A DNA stretch of 64,000 nucleotides from Chiloscyllium plagiosum (lineage: Eukaryota): the NCBI RefSeq assembly GCF_004010195.1, contig NC_057728.1, positions 52,218,401-52,282,400 on the forward strand. Direction: 5' to 3'. Shown here one piece after another: positions 1-11,564 of the stretch. How positions within the stretch are numbered: the first letter of the stretch is position 1; each line of letters starts with the position of its first letter. The position numbers and the translations under genes were made by a program. The notes below the pieces were generated by a model. The model worked only from the letters and a program-made list of their open reading frames with translations, was not told where the DNA came from and searched no databases.

Positions 1-253
1 CCCTCCTCTCTGACCTATCACCTTCATCCCCACCCCCATCCACCTACTGTACTCTTTGCTACCTTCTCCCCAGCCCCACCCCCTCCTACTTACCTCTCCG
101 CCCCAGAAGCTCCTTGCCTCTGTACCTGATGAAGGGCTTTTGCCCAAAACGTTGATTTTCCTGCTCCTTGAATGCTGCCTGACCTGCTGTGCTTTTCCAG
201 CACCACTCTAATCTAGACTCTGAATTCCAGCATCTCCAGTCCTCACTTTTGCC
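1..253 (+). mobile_element. Penelope-like element 3' end / pseudo-LTR (family A), decayed hammerhead at 126-153
   Basis: Same C-rich tract and terminus as 42170-42493, which is attached to Penelope coding sequence. Confidence 0.75.
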
Positions 254-439
254 CCGATCAGAATTGTGTTGAATGCCAATACCGAATATATGTTGACAAT
301 CTGGATCGTGGATTTAAATGTTCCAAATATTGACAGTACCATACAGATCAATTTCACAAACTGAATTTCAAATCAAATGCCTGTTCAAAAGTGTTATTCG
401 TGTAAGTTCAGTGTGTGCTGGGCAGTCTGCATGTGCAAA

Positions 440-1570
440 AGGAAATTAAAAAGTCCATAAATTGATGCTTAATATCCATTAATACCTTTGCTTAACAAAA
501 AATTATCTATCTTCGATTTAAAATTAATTGATCCAGCAACAACTTCCATTTGTGGAAGAGAGTTCCAAACATTGACCACCCTTTCTGTGTAGAAGTGCTT
601 CATAACATTTCTCCTAAATGGTCTGCCCTAATTTTTAGACTATGCCCCCTTGTTCTAGAATCACCAAACAATGGAAATATTTTTATCCGTCCTGTCTCTT
701 CCTGTTATTATCTTGAAGACTTTTATTAGATCAACCCCTAACCTTTGAAGAAATAGACCTAAATTATATAACATCTCCTCATAACTTAATCTCTTAAATC
801 CAGGTATCATTCTTGTAAAACTATATTGAACTCCCTCCAAGGCTAAATATATATTTCCTAAGGTGTGGTGCCCAGTTTGCTTCGTACTCCAAGTGAGGTC
901 TAGTCAGAGTTTTATATAACTTCTGCATCTTTGTGCTCTAGTCCTCTAGATATGAAAGGAACAATCTACCTGATGACATAGAAACATGACAGGACAAGGA
1001 CCAGCATGTAGCCATCACGGAACACATTTCCTGCGAACCCTTTTGGAATTTTCCACTGTACTGAATTTCACTCCATGCCAACATGCTATTAGTCTCCTTG
1101 ATTATTTTCTGCTCCTGTTTGTGGCATTTTGAAGATCTATGCATTGGAATTCTCCATTCTGCTTGGATATCAACTGCATTTAATTTTATACTATCTAGAA
1201 AATACCCTGATTTATCCCTTTTCAGTCCAACTTGCTTGCTCTGGAATCTATCCTCCACAATTTTACTCATTCACCTAATCTATCAATATCTGTAATTTTA
1301 TGCTCTCATCTACACAGTTTGCAATGCCACCTAACTTTGTGTCATCAGCAAATTTGTATATGTGATTTTCTATGCTATTATCCAAGTTATCAATAATGAA
1401 TGTGAATAATTGAGGCCTTTACACAGGTCCTGTGGGACATTACTAGTCACATCCTGCCAGTTTGAGTAATACCTATTAACCCCAATATGTCACCTGTCAC
1501 TCAACCAATTTCCCAGCTATGGGTCAGTAATTTGCCCTCAATTCTGTGTGCTTTTACCTCAGTTAACAGT
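440..1570 (-). mobile_element. Old CR1 LINE fragment(s)
   Basis: Decayed RT C-terminal and 3' CR1 sequence similar to younger copies in the window. Confidence 0.6.
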
Positions 1571-1767
1571 TTCTATTGGACAAAAGAAAATAATTATGCA
1601 TCCTTAGGAGGAAATTCTTATTGTCCTGTTCAACTCGTTGAATCACACCTCATCCAGGGAGCAGTACTGCACTGAAAGAAGGCTACAGTTTAAAGTGATT
1701 ATTCTCTTGACAACAAAATAGAAAATATCTTGCACAAGGATGATATTAGAGGTAAAGTATCGCATAC

Positions 1768-2016
1768 CTGGGTATAACGTTCACACATGTTTTTCTTGTT
1801 ACATTTATTGTCATCAAAGTTATAATACTTTTCTTCATCATACCATGCTTTCATGGCATCTTTAATAGTAAAGTCGCCTGATGCGACATATATGTTTTCT
1901 CCTACAGTTTCAAAAGTCGGATGGGCTTCTCCTTTTCTCTTCAGGTGTGGATTACGTTTAGAACTACAAGTCTTGCTCCATGCTCTTGCAGTTTTAGCCA
2001 GACCTGCATCCCAGCT
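1768..2016 (-). CDS. glipr1: GLIPR1-like CAP/SCP-domain protein, coding exon 2
   Basis: Acceptor ttttcacaaatctAG; open 249-nt frame SWDAGLAKTARAWSKTCSSKRNPHLKRKGEAHPTFETVGENIYVASGDFTIKDAMKAWYDEEKYYNFDDNKCNKKNMCERYTQ; donor GTATGC. Phase 0/0 fits exon 1. CAP motifs WD..LA..A..W, GENI, WYDE and YTQ are present. Downstream exons lie outside the window. Confidence 0.92.
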
Positions 2017-2841
2017 CTAGATTTGTGAAAAAAATATATAATGCCATAAGGCTACTTCATCTCATACATTACATTTTACAATAACTTTGTCAGTCCAGTG
2101 CACATAACCAATGCTAATAAACCTCAGTGATAATTAAGCCATTGGGATTTACTGATACTTTGTATTTTGCATTGTGTATTGTATATATCATTTCAGCAAT
2201 TTGGAAAACAAGAAGAAGTTTAATTATACCAAAAAAATGCTTAGCTACGTTTCTTAGTTCTTTTTAGAATTAATCATCTCACTCAATTGTAAGTTAAAGC
2301 ATGTGGGACGAAATCTTTCAAGTAGCTACTTTTCATAATGTAAATAGGAGCTCCAAAATGTTTGGACTGGAACCACAGCCTTTCACTGTACATAGACTTT
2401 AAAAGGTTATTTTGCCCATCTTGCCTGTGCCAGTGCCGTGAAAAGGATATCCAAACAGTCCCGCTTCCTGCTTTTTCCCAATACCCCTGCAAAATATTCC
2501 CCTTCAGATATTTATCTACTTATTTTTTGAATGAAGGAATCAAAAATTTTGATAATAAATTCAAAGGAATACTTAGTGTATATGGAAATAGGAAGTTACA
2601 AAGAAAGATAAGAAATAGGAGCAGGACAGAGTAAATGGGTGAGTGAGCCAATGGCATTTAAAGTTAATGAGAGGATGTCAAAGTTAGCCATTTCAAATCT
2701 ACAGCAAATTGAAACACTTTCTTAATGGTGAAAGATTAGGAACCGTGAAAAAAAAGTAATTTTGTTATTTTTACACTGAAAGACACAAAAAGTCAAAATA
2801 GAGTATGTAGATATACCTATAAATATATGGAAAATCTAGAC

Positions 2842-4625
2842 ATGTACACCACCACCATCACAGACTTCATTAGCACTGTGTACCAAAGAAGTCAATCAGA
2901 GTGTTCCCTAACCTGAAACCTTGGATGAACCAGGAAATCTACTCACAACTGAAATCTAAATGTGCAGTATTCAAGTAGGAGAACATAGACTCATACAGGA
3001 GATCCAGATAATGGCCTCCGCAAAGCAACCCAGGGATGCCAAGAGGCAGTACTGGACCACATTAAAGGCCCAAGCCAACCAGACTCTTGCTACCTGTGGC
3101 AAGGCCTAAACAACTTGAAGCAGAGCAGGATGGCAAACAAAGACACATCCCTCCCTTCAATGCTTTCTATGCTTGGTTCGAGCAGAATTCCAGCAGCGCG
3201 GTGTTACCTGTCCCAACAGCCCCAGGCACACTTGTGCCCACGGTCACCACTGCAGACATCAGATTGGTCTTTCTTGGGAGCCAACCCAAGAAAAGCGACA
3301 GGCACGGACAGAGTACCCAAATGAACACTTAGATCCTGTGTGGACCAACAGGCAGATGTAATCACCAACGTCTTCAACCTCTCCCTTCTACAAGCCAAAG
3401 TCCTCATCTGCTTCAAGAAGACCAATATCATCCCTGTACCTAAGAAAGCACATGAAACATGCCTTGATCACTACCACGCAGTGGATCTGACCTCTATCAT
3501 CATGAAGTGCTTCAACAGGCATGACCTACATCAATTCTAGTCTTCTTCCTCAAATCCATCCAATTTGCCTACTGACGTAACACATCCACATTTCCCTAGC
3601 CTTGCACTCCTCCCAAGAACATCTAGACAACAAGGACACCCACGTCAGACTCCTGCCCATTGTCTACAGCTCTGCCTTTAACACCATTATCCCCTCCAGA
3701 TTGATCTCAAAAAACTCCGAGACCTTGGTCTCAGTTACGTCCTCCACAACTGGATCCTCAGCTTTCTGACACAGACTGCAATAATTGAAGATTGATAACT
3801 GCACATCCTCCACAGTAACCCTCAACACTGGAGCATGGAATACAGAAAGGAGATAGAGGACTTGTTCACGTGGTGCAATAAGAACAACCTCTCTCCCAAC
3901 ATTGACAAAACTAAAGGCCTCATCATTGACTTCAGAAGGAAAGGAGCTGCCATCTACATCAAAGGAGTTGAGGTTGAGGGTAGGGAGAATCAGGTTCATA
4001 GGAGTGACGATAACTGACAATCTGTCCTGGACTTGTCATATAGATGTGACAGTCAAGAAGGCACAACGCCTCTTCTTCCTCAGGTGGCTCAGGAGATTTA
4101 GCATGTCTATAAGGACCCTCACCAACATCCACAGATGCACCACTGAAAGCATACTGTCTGAGTGCATAATGGCCTGGTATGGCAACTGCCCTGCCCATGA
4201 CCATAAGGAACTACAGAAGGTTGTGTGCACAGCCCAGACTATCATGGAAGCCAACGTTCCATCCAGAGACTCCATTTACATAGCTTGTTGCCGCAGAAAG
4301 GCTGCCAACATCAAAGACCCATAGCACCCTGTCAATGCTCTTCTACAACCTCTTCCGTTAGGCAGAAGATCCAGAAGCTTGAACACACGCACCAGCAGAT
4401 TCAGGAATACCTTCTTACCAGACTACTTAATGGACTATTTAACTTCAAATAATGCTGATCTTGCTAACATTGAACTTGCCAACATTGAATTTGCCTAGTG
4501 CACGTCGTCTAAGCTTTTTTTTCACCCAATGATCTATATGTCCTTACTTACTATGATCTGCCTGTACTGCTTATAAACAAAGCTTTTCACTGTACTTAGG
4601 TTCACATTACAATAAATAAAATCAA
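2842..4625 (+). mobile_element. Rex1/Babar-type non-LTR retrotransposon, decayed
   Basis: RT remnants FNLSL..FKKTNIIPVPKK and KKAQRLFFLRWLRRF..CTTESILSECIMAWYGNC; AATAAATAAA tail. Confidence 0.8.
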
Positions 4626-5431
4626 ACAAAGCTGGTGTCAACTGGTCATGCTCATCGCCACAGTTAGTGGTTTATTTTCAAAATCAACTGGTATTAGTTT
4701 ATATGAAGGATCACATTTATCAACATGTATGATAAGGTAAAAAGAGGTTAAAAAATAAGGTTAAAGAAAAATGTTCATGTCTCAGGATGGACTTTTTAAA
4801 ATTGTGCTGCTCAAAAAGTATGTTTTGTGAAGATTATAATGTAACAGCATAAGAAACAGGAGTAATCCAAACAGCCCTTTATATCTGATCTATCAGTTTG
4901 TAGGATTATAGCTGATCAGATTCTAGCCTTAACTCCACTTTCCTGCACTATACACACAGACATTAACAAATATCTATCAACTTCTGTCTTGAATCTACTC
5001 AATCATCCACAGCCCTCAGAGATGGCAAATACCAAAAAGCCCTTTGAATGAAGCAAAAAAAAAATCAACATTCACATCACATCCAGTTCATTGAATTGGC
5101 CCAACGTTTCACTACTTTTGATTTTTTTGATGCAGAATGCAGTGCAGAATGTATCTCTCTAACGTTGGCACAAATTTATTTACACTACTCAGATAAAAAA
5201 CAAATTCTGCAGCAGATTTCTTCATGATCATTCATGGAATCAGAAAGGTCAAACTTCATTCTAGTCAAACCATCTCAGAAAGGTGTTGAAAATACATTGC
5301 AACCCCAGCTCAATGCCTCAGGTCTCTGAGATGGCAATTGACTGTGCTGTCCATTCTGTGTATGAAGTTCATTTAAAAAATTTAAAAGCAATAAACTAAT
5401 TATTTAAATGAGTAATCAATTGACATACAAA

Positions 5432-5632
5432 TAAGAACTGCAGCTGCTGGAAATATGAAACAAAAACAGATTTACTGGAGAAACTCAACTGGTCTATCTG
5501 ACAGCATCTGGGGCAGTGAAAACAGAGTTAATGTTTCGAGTCCAGTGACCTTTCAAAGGACTCGACGTTAACTATATTTTCTGTCCACAGATGTTGCCAG
5601 ATCTGCTGTGTTCCTCCAGCAATTTTTGTTTT
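5432..5632. mobile_element. Inverted pair of older Penelope-like termini (family D)
   Basis: The two halves are reverse complements (ctggagaaac...cagcatctg / cagatgttg...tctccagc) with a hammerhead-like remnant ggtcactggactcgaaac. Confidence 0.5.
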
Positions 5633-5764
5633 TACTTGTATTTAATAGATACATGATGCCTTATGCACCACATCACTGACCTCTACAGTACCTCACCATC
5701 CTGTACATGCAAATCTGTGTTTGTTCAAAGGTTATGTTAACCTAAACAATTTTGGCTGATACAT

Positions 5765-6092
5765 GGAGTCGTTAAGACTACGGCCTCACAGCACGAAGGA
5801 CCTTGATTTGATTCCATCATTGGGTGACTGCATGGAGTTTGCACGTTTTCTGTGTGGGTTTGGTGCTCTGGCTTCCTTCCACAGAGAAATATGTGCAGGT
5901 TAAGTGTATTAATCATGCTGAATTGCCCCAGTACCCATGGATGTGCAGGACTAGGTGGATTAGCTGTGATAAATGTGGGTGATAGGATAGGGGTGGAGGG
6001 CAGGGTCTGGTTGGAATGCTCTTTGCAGAGTTGGTGCAGACACAATGAGTCAAATGGCCTCCTCCCTCCTTGCACTGGAGGGATTCTATAAC
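5765..6092 (+). mobile_element. tRNA-derived V-SINE (HE1-like)
   Basis: Central GGAGTTTGCACGTT V-domain-like sequence; CR1-like tail. Confidence 0.75.
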
Positions 6093-6189
6093 ATGAGCAA
6101 CCATTAAAGTAAAAGGTAAAGTTGCCATAATCCCAAAGGACTGCTCTGTCATTAGAAACAAGTGTGAGTTTAGTCCAAGGGTCACTACA

Positions 6190-8450
6190 CATAGAGTCAA
6201 ACAGTTATACAGAAACAGACCCTTTGGACCAACTTGTCCACGCCGACCAAGTTTCCCAAATCCAGTCCCACCTGCTTGTGGTCGACCCTTATTCCTCTTA
6301 ACCTTTCCTATTCATGTACTTATGCTTAGTTTTGAACTCATCGACTCTAGGGAAAAGACATCGGCCATTCACCTTTCTATACCCCTCATGATCTTATAAA
6401 CCTCTATAAGGTCACCCCTCAACCTTCTACACTCCAGTGAAAAATGTCCCAGCCTCTCTTTATAATTCAAATCCTCCAGTCCTGGTAACATTCTGGTAAA
6501 TTTTTCTAAACCTTCTCCAATTTAGTAATATTGTTTCTATAACAGGGTAACCATAACTCTACACAGTACTCCAAAAGTGGTCTCACCAATGTCCTGTACA
6601 ACCTCAACATGATGTCCCAACTGCTACATTCAGTGGTCTGAGCAATGAAGGCAAATGCATTAAACACCTTCTCATCCACCCTCTGTATCTGTTATGCAGC
6701 CATCAAAGAACTATGTACCCGAACCGCTAGATTTCCCTGTTCAACAACACTACCCAAGGCACTACCTTTAACTGTATTAATCATGCCCTTGTTTGTTTTA
6801 CCAAAGTACAATACCTGCATTTAACCAAATTAAACTCTTGTTGTGGTTCTGTTCGCCGAGCTGGGAATTTGTGTTGCAGACATTTTGTCCCCTGTCTAGG
6901 TGACATCCTCAGTGCTTGGGAGCTTCCTGTGAAGTGCTTCTATGATCTTTCCTCCGGCATTTGTAGTGGTTTGAATCTGTCGTTTCCGGTTGTCAGTTCC
7001 AGCTATCTGTTGCAGTGGCCAGTGTATTGGGTCCAGATCGATGTGCTTATTGATTGAATCTGTGGATGAGTGCCATGCCTCTAGGAATTCCCCTGGTGAG
7101 TTGTTGTCTGAGAGTGGCTGTTGGTTTGTGTGCTGTTATGAGTCCTAGTGGTCGCAGTAGTCTGGCTGTCAGTTTGGAAATGCTCTTGATGTATGGTAGT
7201 GTGGCTAGTCCTTTGGGTTGTGGCATGTCCTCGTTCCGTTGTCTGTTGCAACCACCCCAACACACACAAAAGAAGTTGCATCAAGACACTATTCAAAAAG
7301 GCCACAATATACTGCAGTACACCAGAACTGCAAAAAGAGGAAGAAGAACACCTATACAATGTATTCGCCAAAAACAGATACTCGCGCAATTTCATCAACA
7401 GATGCCTAAGGGAAAGACAACGAAATGAGGACATGCCACAACCCAAAGGACTAGACAAATCTTCTCACAAACTTTGAACAAATTAAACTCTGTGTCACTC
7501 CTCAGCTCATTGGCCCAATTGATCAAAGTCCCTTTATAACCTTAGGCAATCCTTTTCACTGTCAACTATAGCAGCAATTTTGGAGTCATTCACAAATTTA
7601 CTAACCACATGTCCTAAATTCCTATCCAAATCGTTTACACAAACTACAAACAAACGTGCACCCACCACCAATCACTGTGGAACACTACTGGTCACAGGCT
7701 TCCAGTCCAAAATAAAACCATCCAATACCAATCTCTGTCTCCTACCGTCAAGCCAACTTTGTGACCAATTGGTAAACTTACCCGGAATCCCATAACCTTG
7801 CTGCAGAGCCTTGTCAAAGGCTTTACTAAAGTCCATGTAAACAAAGTCTACTATTTTGCCCTCAATCTTTTTGGATACATCCTCTAAAGTTCAATCAAGT
7901 TTGACAGACATGATTTGCCAAGCACAAAGCTATGCTGACTATCCTTAATCAGTCCTTGCCTCTCCAAATATATGGAAATCCATCCTCAGAATGCCATTCA
8001 ACAACTTACTCACTACTGATGTCAAACTCACACGTCTATAGTTCCCAGTTTTCTCCTTTAAATAAAGAAACATTAGCCACCCTCCAGTCCTCCATCACCT
8101 CATCCATGGCTGTAAATGATAGGAATATCTCTGCTAGGGCCCCATCGATTTCTTCACTAACTTCCCACAATTTCCTGGGATACATGGAACATAGAAGATT
8201 ACAGCGCAGTACAGGCCCTTCGGCTCTCGATGTTGTGCCGCCTTGTCATACTAATCTGAAGCCCATCCCACCTACACTATTCCACGTACGTCCATTTGCC
8301 TGTCCAATGACGACTTAAATGCACTTAAACTTGGCGAATCTACTACCGATGCAAGCAAAGCATTCCATACCCTTACTATTCTCTGAGGATACACTTGGTC
8401 AGGTTCCAGAGATTTATCTACCTTTGTTTTTTAAGACCTCCAGCACTTCA
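6190..8450 (-). mobile_element. CR1 LINE fragment interrupted by Penelope and short CR1 tail insertions
   Basis: RT remnants on the minus strand (MDFSKAFDK); CR1 3' tail near 6200. Confidence 0.8.
6839..7478. mobile_element. Penelope-like element, family B, with internal inversion
   Basis: Penelope-type coding remnants (KRSCIKTLFKKA..; TLPYIKSIS..ARLLRPLG..HKP) on opposite strands; flanked by 13-bp duplication CAAATTAAACTCT (6826, 7479). Confidence 0.8.
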
Positions 8451-8454
8451 TATG

Positions 8455-8870
8455 ATTTGATTTATTGTTGTCACATGTACTTAAGTAGTGAAAAGTTTTG
8501 ATTTGCGTACAGTACAGGCAATTCATAACATACAAAGGACAAATAGATCAGAGAATGATTAGACAGACTGCACAGGAGGTGCACAAAAATAAAATCAACG
8601 TTAGATTTGAAACTAGAGAGGTCCATTCAGCAGTCTAAAAACAGCAGGTAAGATGTTGTTCTTGAACCTGTGTTTATGCCTGATGGAAGAAGTTGTAAGA
8701 ATGTGTAACAGGGTGGGAGGGGTCTTTTTTGAAGTTGGCGGCCCTTCCACAGCAATGAAAAGTGTAAATACTCCCTGGCTGGGAGGTTGGTTTGTATGCT
8801 TGTCTGGGCTCTGTAATTTCTTACAGTCCTGGGCAGAACAGTTGCCATGCCAAGCTGTGATGCTGTTCCT
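8455..8870 (-). mobile_element. Rex1/Babar-type 3' fragment
   Basis: ITAWHGNCSAQDCKKLQ; homologous to 4170-4600. Confidence 0.7.
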
Positions 8871-9344
8871 CTTCTCAGATAATTGGAAAGGTTGAGGTGA
8901 GTCCTTCACAACAAACTTGGCCAGTGTGGAATTTGAACCCATTCTGTTGGCATCGTTCTGCGTCACAACCCAAAGGACTCTTGTGGTGCAGTATCCCTAC
9001 TTTTAATCCAAGAGGCCTGAGTTCAAGTCTTACCTACTTCTGAGGTGTGTAATACCATCTCTGAACAGCTTGACTGGAAACGTTTTTTTTCCTTACAAAC
9101 TGACTGAGCTATTCGAACACCTAATTAACATTGGTAACATGTGGGACAGCGGTGAATGAATCCACTGCCAACCTCAATATGGACTATGCAAAGACCATGC
9201 ACTGAAATATTTAAAATAAGTGCCATGTCAATGAATCCACTTCAAAACGCAAGTAACTTCCTCATCACGATTCTGGGGTTTACTACGTGTTTTAAAAGAT
9301 CTCAAACCACTTAAATTTCAAGACTTATTTTATTTTTTAAAATT

Positions 9345-9700
9345 ATTCGCCCTTCAAAATTACAAAAGCGCGAAGAGGAAGCCAGTGCAATAATACGAAC
9401 TTCTCCAAACCGACAGCGACCTTGAAACCGCCCGATGGGCCCACGCGATTTCTTGGTCGAGGGTAGACTTGAAACCGCTTAACCTTCCATCCACGTCCCC
9501 GAGGGTGGCCTTGAAACCGCTAAAAGGTCCGCGCCTCATCTGGGGGAGGGTGACCTTGACACGACCTGACAGTTTCATCTTGGAGAGGGCACGGCGGTTT
9601 TTGCGCAGGCGCAATGTAGTCCCTAATGCAGCTTTTCGAAGACCGTTCCCGCCTTTTCACCCGTGCCCACCTTTACTTTTGCCCCATCAAACGTCTCCAT
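9345..9700. promoter_or_regulatory. Intronic CpG-rich element with four spaced 20-bp repeats and promoter-type motifs
   Basis: GAGGGTRRMCTTGAAACCGC-like units at about 9412, 9459, 9501 and 9546; TTGCGCAGGCGCAA (NRF1-like) and TGTAGTCC (ACTACA motif) at 9601-9622. Confidence 0.55.
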
Positions 9701-9703
9701 TTG

Positions 9704-10050
9704 ACGATGTGGAGGTGCCAGTATTGGAGTGGGGTGGACAAAGTTAAAAATCGCACAACACCAGGTTATAATCCAACAGATTTACTTGGAAGCACTAGCT
9801 TTCTGAGCGTTGCTGCTTCATCTGGTGGTTGTAGACCATAAGACGCAATTTATAGCAAAAGACTACAGTGTCATACAACTGAAATGATATATTGAACAAA
9901 CAATATTGTTGTGTGATTTTTAACCCTGGAAGAAGATTCCTGAAGAAGGGCTTATGCCCGAAACGTCGATTCTCCTGCTCCTCGGATGCTACCTGGCCTG
10001 CTGTGTTTTTCCAGCACCACATTTTTCAATTCTGATTTTTAACCCTCTCC
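9704..10050. mobile_element. Penelope-like termini, family C with nested family A piece
   Basis: Recurrent gatgtggaggtgcc..gttaaaaatc..ccaggttata terminus (also 15772, 17646, 38665, 41371) plus a family A terminus at 9935-10035. Confidence 0.65.
9932..9975 (+). ncRNA. Minimal type I hammerhead ribozyme motif, Penelope family A (intact)
   Basis: CTGAAGA-A-GGGC(TTAT)GCCC-GAA-ACGT-C at 9940-9967; flanks agattc/gattct can form stem I with one mismatch. Confidence 0.7.
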
Positions 10051-10125
10051 ATTTTAGAATTTCCCACAAACATTCTTATAAAATGTGTGATTTAAATGGA
10101 GTTTTTCCAATGTAATAAAGCTTAC

Positions 10126-10290
10126 CATGAAGTACATATTACTGGCTCCGGGCTTCACCTTGGAACGGTACTCGTTGTGCTCTTCCGTGCATTTCTTCAC
10201 AAATTGTGCGTCCATAGGGTACTTAAATGAGTCACCGGGTGACCAGAGGAAAAACAGTGATAGTAACAAAAAGAATACTGCCACCGCCAT
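10126..10290 (-). CDS. glipr1: GLIPR1-like CAP/SCP-domain secreted protein, coding exon 1 (signal peptide + CAP N-terminus)
   Basis: gccATGG Kozak at 10290. Encodes MAVAVFFLLLSLFFLWSPGDSFKYPMDAQFVKKCTEEHNEYRSKVKPGASNMYFM, resembling human GLIPR1 FIKDCVRIHNKFRSEVKPTASDMLYM. Donor GTAAG at 10125, phase 0. Which GLIPR1-family paralog is uncertain. Confidence 0.9.
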
Positions 10291-10699
10291 GGCCTGAAAT
10301 CGCAGGAGTGATGGTGGGATGAGGGTGGGGTGGGGCTCGTTGAGAGGGCGGGGCTCCTGAAGGGTGCAGTCTCAGCGGAGGGTCTGGATGGAAGGAGCTC
10401 TTTGTGTGTTCATGGTCTGGGGGAGGGGTGTAATATGGGTAGAAGGGGCAGAATGTAGGGGATGGAGTTTCAGAGAAGGGATGTTGTCTGTATAGATGGT
10501 GTGAGAGAGTAGGGTATCAGGCGGCCTTAGTCTCTGTAAAAGGAACATGGTGTGAAGTTAGGGTCTTCAGAGTTATAGTCTGTGCAGAAGGGGCAGGGTG
10601 TGAGGGTTGGATCTCAGCGGAGGGGAGGTGGCGTAGCCTGGGTAAAAGGGTCAGGGTGTGAGGGCAAGGTTTCAGGAGGGTGGGGTCTGAAGAAAAGAA

Positions 10700-11490
10700 A
10701 GGATCAACAACCATCTGCTTGAAAATATACATCACGTCCCACACCTCAGCATGCTTCTCGTGTCCAAGACCAACATTGATACAGAAGTATAACGTCATCT
10801 GAGCTGTGCCAGTGGATCCTGTGCCCGACTCAGAAGAAGGATGTTTGAAGACCACGACTGCAGGCCCAGACTAAACTTCTGGTCTACAAAGCTGTTGTCA
10901 TTTTCACACTGCTATATGGAGTTGAAATATGAATTACCTACAGTAGGCACCTTAAAGCACTGGAACAGGACCACCAGAGGTCCCAGTGAAAAATCCTGCG
11001 GATCACCTAGGAAGACAAGTGTACTAACACTAGCATCTTGGAGGAGGCCAACATTGCTAGCATAACCACCACCATAATTCAACAGCAACTCTGATGGACT
11101 GGCCATGTCATCTTAATGCCCAACTCACGCCCCACAAAACAGATCTTGTGCTCCCAGCTGAAGGAAGGTCAGCATTTCCCTGGTGGGCCAAAAGAAATGC
11201 TTCAAAGATAACATCCAGATGAACCTCAAGAAATTCCACATCAACATCAACAACTGGGAGGACATGGCTACAAACAGGAATCACTGGAGAAACATCATCC
11301 ATCTGTAAGCTATAAGCCCTGAAAATGATCTCTTCTGTGCTGCTGAACAGAAGCGACTCTTGCACAAGGATAGGCAGAACATGCCCACACTGCAATAGAA
11401 TCTGTGGATCCCTGATTGGCTTCTTCAACCACCTGAAGAGCCACAATTAGATGTTCTTATGGAGGACAATCATACTCAACCCGAGTGATT
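10700..11490 (+). mobile_element. RTE-clade LINE 3' fragment
   Basis: Decayed TKLLVYKAVV..TLLYG.E, HLKALE and GGPKKCFKDNI motifs and a terminal CPHC..C zinc-finger remnant. Confidence 0.65.
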
Positions 11491-11564
11491 GTCAATAAAT
11501 TGTGTGTGTAGGGGGTACTTTATATAAGAGGGTTAGCATTTTAACTGGTACAGTCATGGAGTAA

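Noticed and set aside
9412-9565. CRISPR-like repeat-spacer array (repeats containing TTGAAAC)
   Set aside because: Vertebrate intron, only four degenerate 20-bp units and no cas genes; better explained as a transcription-factor site cluster.
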